A stretch of 64,000 nt of DNA, taken from contig NC_043002.1 of the NCBI RefSeq assembly GCF_006345805.1, positions 64,418,001 through 64,482,000 on the forward strand. The letters run 5' to 3'. The notes under the pieces were generated by a model, which was not told the DNA's origin, ran no database searches, and was given only the letters and a program-made list of their open reading frames with translations. Shown here in pieces: positions 15,686 to 25,989 of this stretch. Within the stretch, counting starts at the first letter, position 1; every line of letters starts with the position of its first letter. Origin of the DNA: Octopus sinensis. Taxonomy: Eukaryota. The translations under genes were made by a program, and so were the position numbers.

Positions 15686-15766
15686 ATATATATGGTTATA
15701 CATAGATCTATGCATATACTTCTATGTATAACCAGATATACTTGCATATATATATATATATTATAT

Positions 15767-15829
<63 letters not shown>

Positions 15830-15834
<5 letters not shown>

Positions 15835-16190
15835 TCCACAGTGATCCGTATGTAGGAGAGGTGCAGCCGAAAGGTAAATATTCAAACGAGAATCCGTAAA
15901 GGGTAGATAGAGAGTCCAGTGGAGATGTTCGTGTGTGGTAAGAAATGACAGGATCAACATGTGCGAACAAGTGAGCGTGTGATATATAGGGAGGCTTTAC
16001 GAAAAAAACAGAAGACGATGACAGGTGGTGTACAAAACAAACTGATGTATTAGTATATCGCTCAGGAATAGAAAAGTCTTTTACGTTTCGAGCCTACGCT
16101 CTTCTACAGAAAGGGACACAGAAAAAACAAGGAGAGAAAAAAATGTGTGTCGTGGCTAAAGATCTATCATGGCGATACGGAGTTAAACGC
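15830..16190 (-). mobile_element. PLE terminal repeat plus ORF-end fragment with a degenerate mini-hammerhead
   Basis: Minus strand CTGTAGAAGAGCGTAGGCTCGAAACGTAAAAGAC at 16076-16118. Clearly homologous to 61383-61480. Confidence 0.55.
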
Positions 16191-16549
16191 AGGTGTTATT
16201 CCAATTTTTTGCTTCCGAAATATGTTTCGAAGACAGCATTGGTATTATTCCAAAAGCACAGGATAAAGTTTGTTTTTACAGCGTAAGGGAGATAACCATT
16301 TTTAAAACCCTTTTTTCATCCTAAAGTCTTTTAAAGATAATTACACCAACAACAAGGCAACTACTATCAAAACTATTTGCTTGATTATTCCTTATGAGAG
16401 GCAAATTAAATCGAATATTCCTTTCCGTTCAGTGAAGCTATTATTAAGAACTTTCCAAGGAGTTTTAGGTATTACTTGATTATCAACTCGCACACGGGTA
16501 GGATTAGTTTTTCTATCACAAAAAGTTTTTTTTACAAATTATCTCTTCA

Positions 16550-17110
16550 CATTATATTAGTCTGTTAAATAAGCATTCAATTACTGAAAATAATAACAGA
16601 AGCAAAATCTTCGAATTCAATGGTAATTTCATGGTGCAATATCAGGGCTATAGGGTGCATGTGACATCACTTCCCAACCATAACACCAATAATTTTTCAG
16701 GAATTAGCAAAGACGTGTGCTCTAGCGTTGTCATGGTGGAACACGATTCTTTTTTCTGACCATTTTCTTTGATTTCTTCATACAGTTTCATTAGGTGTTG
16801 ACAGTAAACATCTGAATTGATCGTCTGGTTCCTTGGAAGCAGCTCAAAATACACAACTTTGTAATCTCACCACATTGACAGCATGACACTTTTTAATGCA
16901 ATTCAGGTTTCAATGTGTTTTATGCTGGTTCAATTCGCTTGGACCATGATCGTTTTCTATTGTTATTATTCTGGAAAATCCACTTTTCATCACCAGTGAT
17001 GATTTGTTTCAAAAAAAGAAGGTCGATTTCTTTGCGTTTGAGATGGATATGTCAAAATGCGAAACAAGGTGGAAAAATAGTACTCGATTACCAGAGGTAG
17101 AGTAATATGC
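16550..17110 (-). mobile_element. Mariner transposase relic
   Basis: VVYFELLPRNQTINSDVYCQHL, plus frameshifted HDNARPH-like and HPPYSPDIAP-like motifs. Confidence 0.85.
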
Positions 17111-17266
17111 TTTGTTGGAAAGCAGCATATATATGACAAAGATTGTTACCCAGAGTGTCACGCTCCCGGTCGTCGGACAGCTTTGTCTAGATTCGAAACA
17201 AAACTGTCTGACGAACGGGAACGTAAAACTCTGAGTAACAGTATTTTGTGATATATCTGCTGCTTT

Positions 17267-17297
<31 letters not shown>

Positions 17298-17380
17298 GTC
17301 TGACTATCTTTCTAATCTCTCTCTTCTCTCTCACTCACACCCTCTCTTTCTCTCTCTCCTTCTCTTTCTGTCTCTCTCTG

Positions 17381-17438
<58 letters not shown>

Positions 17439-17465
17439 TGTGTGTGGTGTGTGGTGTGTGTGTGT

Positions 17466-17774
17466 GTTAACTGATGGTATTATTAAATTAATATCTAATT
17501 TTTCACCTCATTTATGAATATATATATATATATTATGTAATGTTGTAAACATGTGAGTCGTTTGCGATTTTATTCCATCCATTCGTTTATATTGGACTTT
17601 CCTCTGTCTCCTGTTTCTGAAAAGGATCCTTTCTCGAAAAGTAAAACCACCTATCATTCCTTCCCTGAGAATCTGTTAATTTGGTAATTATTTACATGCA
17701 CACGTCATCGCATTGTTGTTTGCTTTCTTATTCTATATATACATACTACATACGTATATATATATATATATATA

Positions 17775-17845
<71 letters not shown>

Positions 17846-18128
17846 AACTGATGGTATTATTAAATTATATCTAATTTTTCAACCTCATTTATGAATATAT
17901 ATATATATATATGTATGTATGTAAACATGTGAGTCGTTGGCGATTTTATTCCATCCATTCGTTTATATTGACTTTCCTCTGTCTCCTGTTTCTGAAAAGG
18001 ATCCTTTCTCGAAAAGTAAAACCACCTATCATTCCTTCCCTGAGAATCTGTTAATTTGGTAATTATTTACATGCACCACGTCATCGCATTGTTGTTTGCT
18101 TTCTTATTCTATATATACATAAACATAC

Positions 18129-18130
<2 letters not shown>
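17466..18130. repeat. Near-identical tandem duplication of a ~300-bp segment (~375-bp period including microsatellites)
   Basis: 17466-17755 matches 17843-18130 except for small indels. Confidence 0.9.
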
Positions 18131-18204
<74 letters not shown>

Positions 18205-18249
18205 ATGTTTGTTTGTGTGTGTGTGTGTGTGTGTCGGTATATGTATATA

Positions 18250-19080
18250 AGTGAGAACACACTCGTAGACAGACACTGCACAACTTTGCGTATAGATGAT
18301 AGGCTAAACCGTGCAAAAAGAATATATATGAAAATACTAACAGAGGTCAAAATTTACAAGACACTCACTCTAAATATATTACCATATATTTGCACGTACA
18401 ACCCCAGAAACACCAAAGTATATCGCACTGGTATCCTAAACCTTTCAATACTGCATGAGGACCCTAAGCTGTTCGGCAACGGAGACCGATGGAGTAGCGG
18501 TATCGGCAAAGGGAACCGTTAGAGTGAGTAATAAGGTTACAGAAAACAACTCCGGAGGTCTTATATATCTGTGAGTGTGTATATAAATATACTATATAAA
18601 TATGCTAAGCGACTTTCATTCTTGTTTTGAATCTGGCGGTACTAGCATTAGCGAACGTTACATTGAAGGAGTCATTCTAATGTTTTAGTACCTTCGGATT
18701 ATTGCAGAAAATCCATACTGAAGAGGAATGTGGTTAGTAAAGTTCATATTTTTGGATATTCTTTACTTAAATCCTGATTCCGAAACGCGCGTCTATGGAT
18801 AATCGGATATTGATAGATTTTCGTTACGTTACCCTCTGCCTGGATGAATAAGATTCAAGTATTATGGTTTCTCTGGTAGACCCTTTTTTAAGTAGAAGAA
18901 ATGGCTTAGATTTTGGCTGCTATTTCTAAACTTCGGTATGTGGTGAGGCATTTCTTTAGCTGACCCCTCAATATTAGTATTACTAGAATTTACCGTATAA
19001 CGGTCCTGTTTTCATACCGAATTCTACTTGGTGGAATTTATTGATTACTTCGTAATTAATTAGTTTTACCCTTAATTGCT
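18250..19080 (+). mobile_element. Truncated Penelope-like element (RT C-terminal/linker relic plus hammerhead-bearing terminal repeat)
   Basis: Translation ..RLNRAKRIYMKIL..NILPYICTYNPRN..NLSILHEDP resembles ..GVKRAKGIDIQRL..KILPYISTHNPSN..NLPILTAD of the PLE at 62525-63265. It is followed by an intact hammerhead. Confidence 0.75.
18711..18800 (+). ncRNA. Canonical type I hammerhead ribozyme in a Penelope-type terminal repeat
   Basis: ATCCATA-CTGAAGA-GGAAT...ATTCC-GAAA-CGCGCG-TC-TATGGAT. 7-bp stem I, G-C-closed 5-bp stem II extended by AGTAAAG/CTTTACT, palindromic stem III, GUC. Confidence 0.92.
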
Positions 19081-19084
19081 ATTG

Positions 19085-19147
<63 letters not shown>

Positions 19148-19269
19148 GAGACAGTGAGAGACAGAGAGACAAAGAGAGACAAAGATAAATAAATAGATAG
19201 ATCGATAGATATACACATATATATATTTATATATATGTATATATATATATACATATATGTATATATATG

Positions 19270-19289
<20 letters not shown>

Positions 19290-19300
<11 letters not shown>

Positions 19301-19420
19301 CCCATCATCGCTTGACAACCGATGTTGGTGTGTTTACGTTCTCGTCACTTAGTGGTTCGGCCAAAGTTACCGATGGAATAAGTTCTAGTTCGACGTTCCG
19401 ATATGGTCGCAGTCAAATAA
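19290..19420 (+). mobile_element. SINE family 1 tail fragment
   Basis: CCCATCATCGCTTGACAACCGATGTTGGTGTGTTTACG matches 57770-57830. Confidence 0.7.
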
Positions 19421-19452
19421 CTGAAGCAAATAATATAATATATGTATGTATG

Positions 19453-19490
<38 letters not shown>

Positions 19491-20275
19491 TCAATATAGG
19501 GAGGCAAAAAAATTTTGTAGAATTTTTTGCCCCCAGCGGCCTAGTGGGAAAAAATTAAATAGTCATAACCATTTTTGAGTTCAATATCACAATCAAGGAA
19601 CGGCCATAATAGGCCATTCACCACTAGAATAACAGCCAAAAGCTTCAACACAACCGCAAAATAACATTAATTCCGTAAATCAGGAGAAAATTAAAAAATT
19701 AAAAAACATTTACCCTGAAATTCTTATAGACGATGCACCGTTTCTTCTACTGTTTTATGTAAATAACCTGATTAAATTAAATCAAGCCAATCTACTGATG
19801 AATCTAAGGGCCTATGGTAGATTGGCTTGATTTAATTTAATCAGTTTAATTTACCATTAAACAGTAGAAGAAACGGTGCATCGTCTAAGGAATTTCAGGG
19901 TAAATGTTTTTTAATTTTCTCCTGATTTACGGAATTAATGTTATTTTGCGGTTGAAGCTTTTTGGCTGTTATTTCTAGTGGGTGAATGGCCTATTATGGC
20001 CGTTCCTTGATTGTGATATTGAACTTAAAAATGGTTTATGACTATTTAATTTTTTCCCACTAGGCGCTGGGGGCAAAAGAATTCTACAAAATTTTTTTGC
20101 CTCCCTATATTGATTAATTATGAATTTTCTGGTTGGTTCCGTAATGGAATCGGCGGCTTATATTTATTTGCTGCCGATAAATTTGGCGCGAGTGCGACGA
20201 TTTGAAAATTTTAGGTCAGATTTGGCGAGGCATGGACGAGAATGCCTCGTGAAAAAATTCTGTTCCGATTTGGCT

Positions 20276-20381
20276 ATTCCTTACTGATGAATCTAAGGGC
20301 CTATGGTAGATTGGCTTGATTTATTTAATCAGGTTAATTTACCATTAAACAGTAGAAGAAACGGTGCATCGTCTAAGGAAT
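20276..20381 (+). ncRNA. Type I hammerhead ribozyme, array copy 1
   Basis: ATTCCTTA-CTGATGA-[stem II]-GAAA-CGGTGCATCG-TC-TAAGGAAT. Perfect 8-bp stem I, near-palindromic stem III, predicted cleavage after 20373. Confidence 0.85.
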
Positions 20382-20765
20382 TTCAGGGTAAATGTTTTTT
20401 AATTTTCTCCTGATTTACGGAATTAATGTTATTTTGCGGTTGAAGCTTTTTGGCTGTTATTTCTAGTGGGTGAATGGCCTATTATGGCCGTTCCTTGATT
20501 GTGATATTGAACTTAAAAATGGTTTATGACTATTTAATTTTTTCCCACTAGGCCGCTGGGGGCAAAAGAATTCTACAAAATTTTTTTGCCTCCCTATATT
20601 GATTAATTATGAATTTTCTGGTTGGTTCCGTAATGGAATCGGCGGCTTATATTTATTTGCTGTCGATAAATTTGGCGCGAGTGCGACGATTTGAAAATTT
20701 TAGGTCAGATATTGGCGAGGCATGGACGAGAATGCCTCGTGAAAAATATCTGTTCCGATTTGGCT

Positions 20766-20871
20766 ATTCCTTACTGATGAATCTAAGGGCCTATGGTAGA
20801 TTGGCTTGATTTAATTTAATCAGGTTAATTTACCATTAAACAGTAGAAAAACGGTGCATCGTCTAAGGAAT
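20766..20871 (+). ncRNA. Type I hammerhead ribozyme, array copy 2 (variant at GAAA)
   Basis: Same motif, but reads TAGAAAAAC instead of TAGAAGAAAC: one G is missing, either a mutation or a sequencing error. Confidence 0.65.
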
Positions 20872-21254
20872 TTCAGGTAAATGTTTTTTAATTTTCTCCT
20901 GATTTACGGAATTAATGTTATTTTGTCGGTTGAAGCTTTTTGGCTGTTATTTCTAGTGGGTGAATGGCCTATTATGGCCGTTCCTTGATTGTGATATTGA
21001 ACTTAAAAATGGTTTATGACTATTTAATTTTTTCCCACTAGCCGCTGGGGGCAAAGAGAATTCTACAAAATTTTTTTGCCTCCCTATATTGATTAATTAT
21101 GAATTTTCTGGTTGGTTCCGTAATGGATCGGCGGCTTATATTTATTTGCTGCCGATAAATTTGGCGCGAGTGCGACGATTTGAAAATTTTAGGTCAGATA
21201 TTGGCGAGGCATGGACGAGAATGCCTCGTGAAAAATATCTGTTCCGATTTGGCT

Positions 21255-21359
21255 ATTCCTTACTGATGAATCTAAGGGCCTATGGTAGATTGGCTTGTTT
21301 AATTTAATCAGGTTAATTTACCATTAAAAGTAGAAGAAACGGTGCATCGTCTAAGGAAT
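21255..21359 (+). ncRNA. Type I hammerhead ribozyme, array copy 3
   Basis: Core CTGATGA at 21263-21269, GAAAC..GTC ending at 21351, stem I ATTCCTTA/TAAGGAAT. Small indels in stem II. Confidence 0.82.
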
Positions 21360-21745
21360 TTCAGGGTAAATGTTTTTTAATTTTCTCCTGATTTACGGAA
21401 TTAATGTTATTTTGCGGTTGAAGCTTTTTGGCTGTTATTTCTAGTGGGTGAATGGCCTATTATGGCCGTTCCTTGATTGTGATATTGAACTTAAAAATGG
21501 TTTATGACTATTTAATTTTTTCCCACTAGGCCGCTGGGGGCAAAAGAATTCTACAAAATTTTTTTGCCTCCCTATATTGATTAATTTAATGAATTTTCTG
21601 GTTGGTTCCGTAATGGAATCGGCGGCTTATATTTATTTGCTGCCGATAAATTTGGCGCGAGTGCGACGATTTGAAAATTTTAGGTCAGATATTGGCGAGG
21701 CATGGACGAGAATGCCTCGTGAAAAATATCTGTTCCGATTTGGCT

Positions 21746-21852
21746 ATTCCTTACTGATGAATCTAAGGGCCTATGGTAGATTGGCTTGATTTAATTTAAT
21801 CAGGTTAATTTACCATTAAACAGTAGAAGAAACGGTGCATCGTCTAAGGAAT
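21746..21852 (+). ncRNA. Type I hammerhead ribozyme, array copy 4
   Basis: CTGATGA at 21754-21760, GAAA at 21829-21832, GTC ending at 21844. Stem II contains a 19-bp hairpin ATGGTAGATTGGCTTGATT/AATCAGGTTAATTTACCAT. Confidence 0.85.
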
Positions 21853-22237
21853 TTCAGGGTAAATGTTTTTTATTTTCTCCTGATTTACGGAATTAATGTT
21901 ATTTTGCGGTTGAAGCTTTTTGGCTGTTATTTCTAGTGGGTGAATGGCCTATTATGGCCGTTCCTTGATTGTGATATTGAACTTAAAAATGGTTTATGAC
22001 TATTTAATTTTTTCCCACTAGGCCGCTGGGGGCAAAAGAATTCTACAAAATTTTTTTGCCTCCCTATATTGATTAATTATGAATTTTCTGTGGTTCCGTA
22101 ATGGAATCGGCGGCTTATATTTATTTGCTGCCGATAAATTTGGCGCGAGTGCGACGATTTGAAAATTTTAGGTCAGATATTGGCGAGGCATGAGTGGACG
22201 AGAATGCCTCGTGAAAAATATCTGTTCCGATTTGGCT

Positions 22238-22344
22238 ATTCCTTACTGATGAATCTAAGGGCCTATGGTAGATTGGCTTGATTTAATTTAATCAGGTTAA
22301 TTTACCATTAAACAGTAGAAGAAACGGTGCATCGTCTAAGGAAT
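22238..22344 (+). ncRNA. Type I hammerhead ribozyme, array copy 5
   Basis: CTGATGA at 22246-22252, GAAA at 22321-22324, GTC ending at 22336, perfect 8-bp stem I. Confidence 0.85.
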
Positions 22345-22726
22345 TTCAGGGTAAATGTTTTTTAATTTTCTCCTGATTTACGGAATTAATGTTATTTTGC
22401 GGTGAAGCTTTTTGGCTGTTATTTCTAGTGGGTGAATGGCCTATTATGGCCGTTCCTTGATTGTGATATTGAACTTAAAAATGGTTTATGACTATTTAAT
22501 TTTTCCCACTAGGCCGCTGGGGGCAAAAGAATTCTACAAAATTTTTTTGCCTCCCTATATTGATTAATTATGAATTTTCTGGTTGGTTCCGTAATGGAAT
22601 CGGCGGCTTATATTTATTTGCTGCCGATAAATTTGGCGCGAGTGCGACGATTTGAAAATTTTAGGTCAGATATTGGCGAGGCATGGACGAGAATGCCTCG
22701 TGAAAAATATCTGTTCCGATTTGGCT

Positions 22727-22832
22727 ATTCCTTACTGATGAATCTAAGGCCTATGGTAGATTGGCTTGATTTAATTTAATCAGGTTAATTTACCATTAAA
22801 CAGTAGAAGAAACGGTGCATCGTCTAAGGAAT
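22727..22832 (+). ncRNA. Type I hammerhead ribozyme, array copy 6
   Basis: CTGATGA at 22735-22741, GTC ending at 22824, perfect 8-bp stem I. Confidence 0.85.
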
Positions 22833-22951
22833 TTCAGGGTAAATGTTTTTTAATTTTCTCCTGATTTACGGAATTAATGTTATTTTGCGGTTGAAGCTTT
22901 TTGGCTGTTATTTCTAGTGGGTGAATGGCCTATTATGGCCGTTCCTTGATT

Positions 22952-22991
<40 letters not shown>

Positions 22992-23597
22992 TTATTTTAC
23001 TTGTTTCAGTTATATATATAAATACATATATAATAATATTTCTAAGTGTCTCTAAAGGGGAATACAGCAGCGGTACTAGATAGTAAGAGTTATATCTACG
23101 CTAACATGGTACTTGATAGTAGTGACGCCTGCTTGGTTCGGCTGCTCAACATTGTAAGGGACAAGTACCCTGAAACTAGTCTGTAGGTGCCAGACCAGCA
23201 AGGTGAAGCGACTGACCTCCCCTGTTCGGAGGTTAAAATGTGTTACAGTGCTAGCTAGAGACGATGGCCTCTTAGAGCTAATCAACGCCAGCATTCGTCC
23301 TATTTTTCTGGACTGCCATGTTTGCGTGGCGATAACTATATATATAGTTACAGGAGCTTAATACCTCTAAGGGATAACAAAATCCAAAGTCGCTTCTGGT
23401 TATTACCTGGGCAGGCACAGCCTTTTGTAAAGTTGCACGGTAGCAGATGGTTCGGTTGGTAAACCGTAGTTTAGATTATATGGGAGAAGAAAATGGATAT
23501 AATAACAATGGGGTCTCGTGGTTTTCGGTGGTATGACTTTAATACACACACAGACTCACACACACACACACAAATATGTATATGTATATATATATAT

Positions 23598-23702
<105 letters not shown>

Positions 23703-24589
23703 TATATTATATATAAGCGGATGAGTATTTGCGTGCCCATATCACTGTGTATTTCTTTGTCTTCAGGTGCTTCTTTTAATATGTTCTGAACACTATACTT
23801 AGCTGACTCTCAAAATCCGGGACTACCTGCGCTGCAGTTTAATGCTTCTTGCTAATATATTCTCATATATTTTAGAACATATATATATATATCGCGATAA
23901 CAACATATTCAATTTTCCTATTCTATATTTATATATTCAGGGATTCGTTTGTCTTATGTTTTGTTTAATACCTGCATTGAAATTTGGGGAATATCAAATC
24001 TATTTTATGTAACAAATAATTATTATATTTTCATATTTTTCGGGGGGGAGGGTTGTATCATCATTCCAGCATTTCGATTTTATTCTAACGTTCGTTTTAT
24101 TCTATTTTTATTTTGCATTTATTTGCATATCTAACATTGCTAATGAAATCCTGGAATATTTTGACAGTAAACATTGTTTTTGAAAGATTTTCTAAAATTT
24201 CATCTTCAGCGGATATTACGTCTCCATGTGAAATAACGGAATTACTAATGAAAATAAATTTAACTGTAAGAGCCGGAAATGTTTTGAATCAAGGAAAGTA
24301 ATGAGACGAAATGAAACGAAGACATCGCATTTTATAAATCGTACAGGGCTACGGAATAGAAAATGTAACATCACGCGTTATTGTATCTTGATTTCATCGT
24401 AGAAATACTATTTAAATAGTTTTACCGATGACGTTATATCATACAGAGATGTTAAGGAAAGTCAGTCGGAGGTCTAACTAAATTCTGAATCCTTATATTC
24501 TAAAGTCCATAACGATACATTGCTTTGTTTTTCTTGCTGTTTACTTGAAACGTCTCCGTGTGGTTCTTTCTAATACAGCATATACTCAT

Positions 24590-24775
24590 TTACTTGTTTC
24601 AGTCATTTGACTGGGGCCATGCTGGAGCACCGCTTTTAGTCGAGCAAATCGACCCCAGGACTTATTCTTTGTCAGCCTAGTACTTATTTTATCGGTTTCT
24701 TTTGCCGTACCGCTAAGTTACGGGACGTAAACACACACCATTCGGTTGTCAAGCGATGTCGGGGCAGGGGGGGAA
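24590..24775 (-). mobile_element. tRNA-derived SINE family 1, 3' part
   Basis: Reverse complement of the tail in 57720-57930. Also related to 19290-19420 and 5995-6175. Confidence 0.75.
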
Positions 24776-24959
24776 GCACAAACATGTACACACATACATG
24801 CATACGACAACCCATAGTTTCTACCCCTAAGGTATTTTGAAGGGATAATTTACGGATTCAATTGTCTATATAGGTTTAGCCTATGCTCACCGTCTTCCAC
24901 TATTTTGATGTCACCTGGTCAAAGGTGGAGGTAGGCGGCATTTGATAAATCTATGGGAG

Positions 24960-25022
24960 ATTGCGCTGATGAAAGACATGAAATATATTTTCATATTTCT
25001 AATCTAGAAACATGTTCGCAAT
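24960..25022 (+). ncRNA. Type I hammerhead ribozyme (GUU site) in a PLE-type repeat
   Basis: ATTGCG-CTGATGA-[AAGACATGAAA...TTTCAT...TCTA]-GAAA-CATG-TT-CGCAAT. 6-bp stem I, palindromic ACATGT stem III, non-canonical base of stem II. Confidence 0.72.
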
Positions 25023-25224
25023 TAACGGTTAGGCTATGTTTTCGTTATTTATTCCTTCTGTTTTGCATATGGGAATTGCAGGGTTATATCGTATGTGGAG
25101 CCCCACTTGTAGAAAATAGAAATAAACAGTCTCCGACTGCTATTTCTAATTTTTTCGGTATGCGGCTAAGCAGCCTGTGGCCTGTCCCTTCTATTTATAT
25201 ATATATATATATATATACATATAT

Positions 25225-25390
25225 AAGACATGCTTCTTTCAGTTTCCGTCTACCAAATCCACTCACAAGGCTTTGGTTGGCCCGAGGCTATAGTAGAAGA
25301 CATTTTGCCAAAGGTCCGTCGCAGTGTGACTGAACGCGGAACCATGTTGTTGGTAAGCAAAACTTACACAACCACTCCTACGCCTCCCCG
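25225..25390 (-). mobile_element. tRNA-derived SINE family 1, 5' part
   Basis: Reverse complement of the tRNA-like head seen at 45345-45480 and 57605-57700. Confidence 0.75.
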
Positions 25391-25886
25391 AGGCGTAGGA
25401 GTGGCTGTGTAGTGATACACAACTGAAATCGATGTTAATTAAATTAACATCTAATTTCTCACCCTCATTTCAAATTTAAATTAATACGTTCTTTAACCGG
25501 CAAAGGCCGCTGCAGTAAAGTATTATCTGCAACATCAGTTTTTCTGATAAATTTAGCGCGCCGAAACGAGGACATTTGAAATAGTAAACACGAGTGTAAT
25601 TTAGTAGGATTGTTTTACAAGTCTGACTTTGTGCGGACGTCCTGGTATGCAGTCCTGCAAATTATATTCATCTGGACGGTCGCACCGATGATCTACGGAC
25701 ATTTATGTAAGTAAAATCACGTAATATGTTATATCTAATGTATGCGAATAATCCATATTTTTATTGCTTTTTCTTCTGTTTTGCTCGATTACGTTTTGGT
25801 TGTTTCGCTAAACATTTCTTAGTGGTAAGACCATAGCGGATCTATTTCTTGCATAAGTGTGTCCACATAGGGGTTTCCCTCTAATA

Positions 25887-25924
<38 letters not shown>

Positions 25925-25989
25925 TTAAAAACCCGTAAACAAAAACATTTATATCATATTTTTCTCATTCAATTACAAGACGATTCGAG

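Larger units (their letters stand above)
19484..22958 (+). repeat. Tandem array of ~490-bp hammerhead-containing units (retrozyme-like satellite): ~6.5 direct copies plus an inverted ~310-bp partial copy at the 5' end
   Basis: Near-identical units. Predicted GUC cleavage positions at 19885, 20373, 20863, 21351, 21844, 22336 and 22824 (spacing 488-493). 19484-19795 is the reverse complement of ~19817-20120. Flanked by (TA)n on both sides. Confidence 0.97.

Noticed and set aside
20609-20809. Repeated 66-72 aa ORF as a real protein-coding tandem gene
   Set aside because: It overlaps the ribozyme and hairpins, has no known motif, and is broken in some copies. The RNA structure explains the unit better.
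19484-22958. CRISPR array, 5S rDNA or snRNA tandem cluster
   Set aside because: No unique spacers, and no 5S, tRNA or Sm-site features recognised in the unit.
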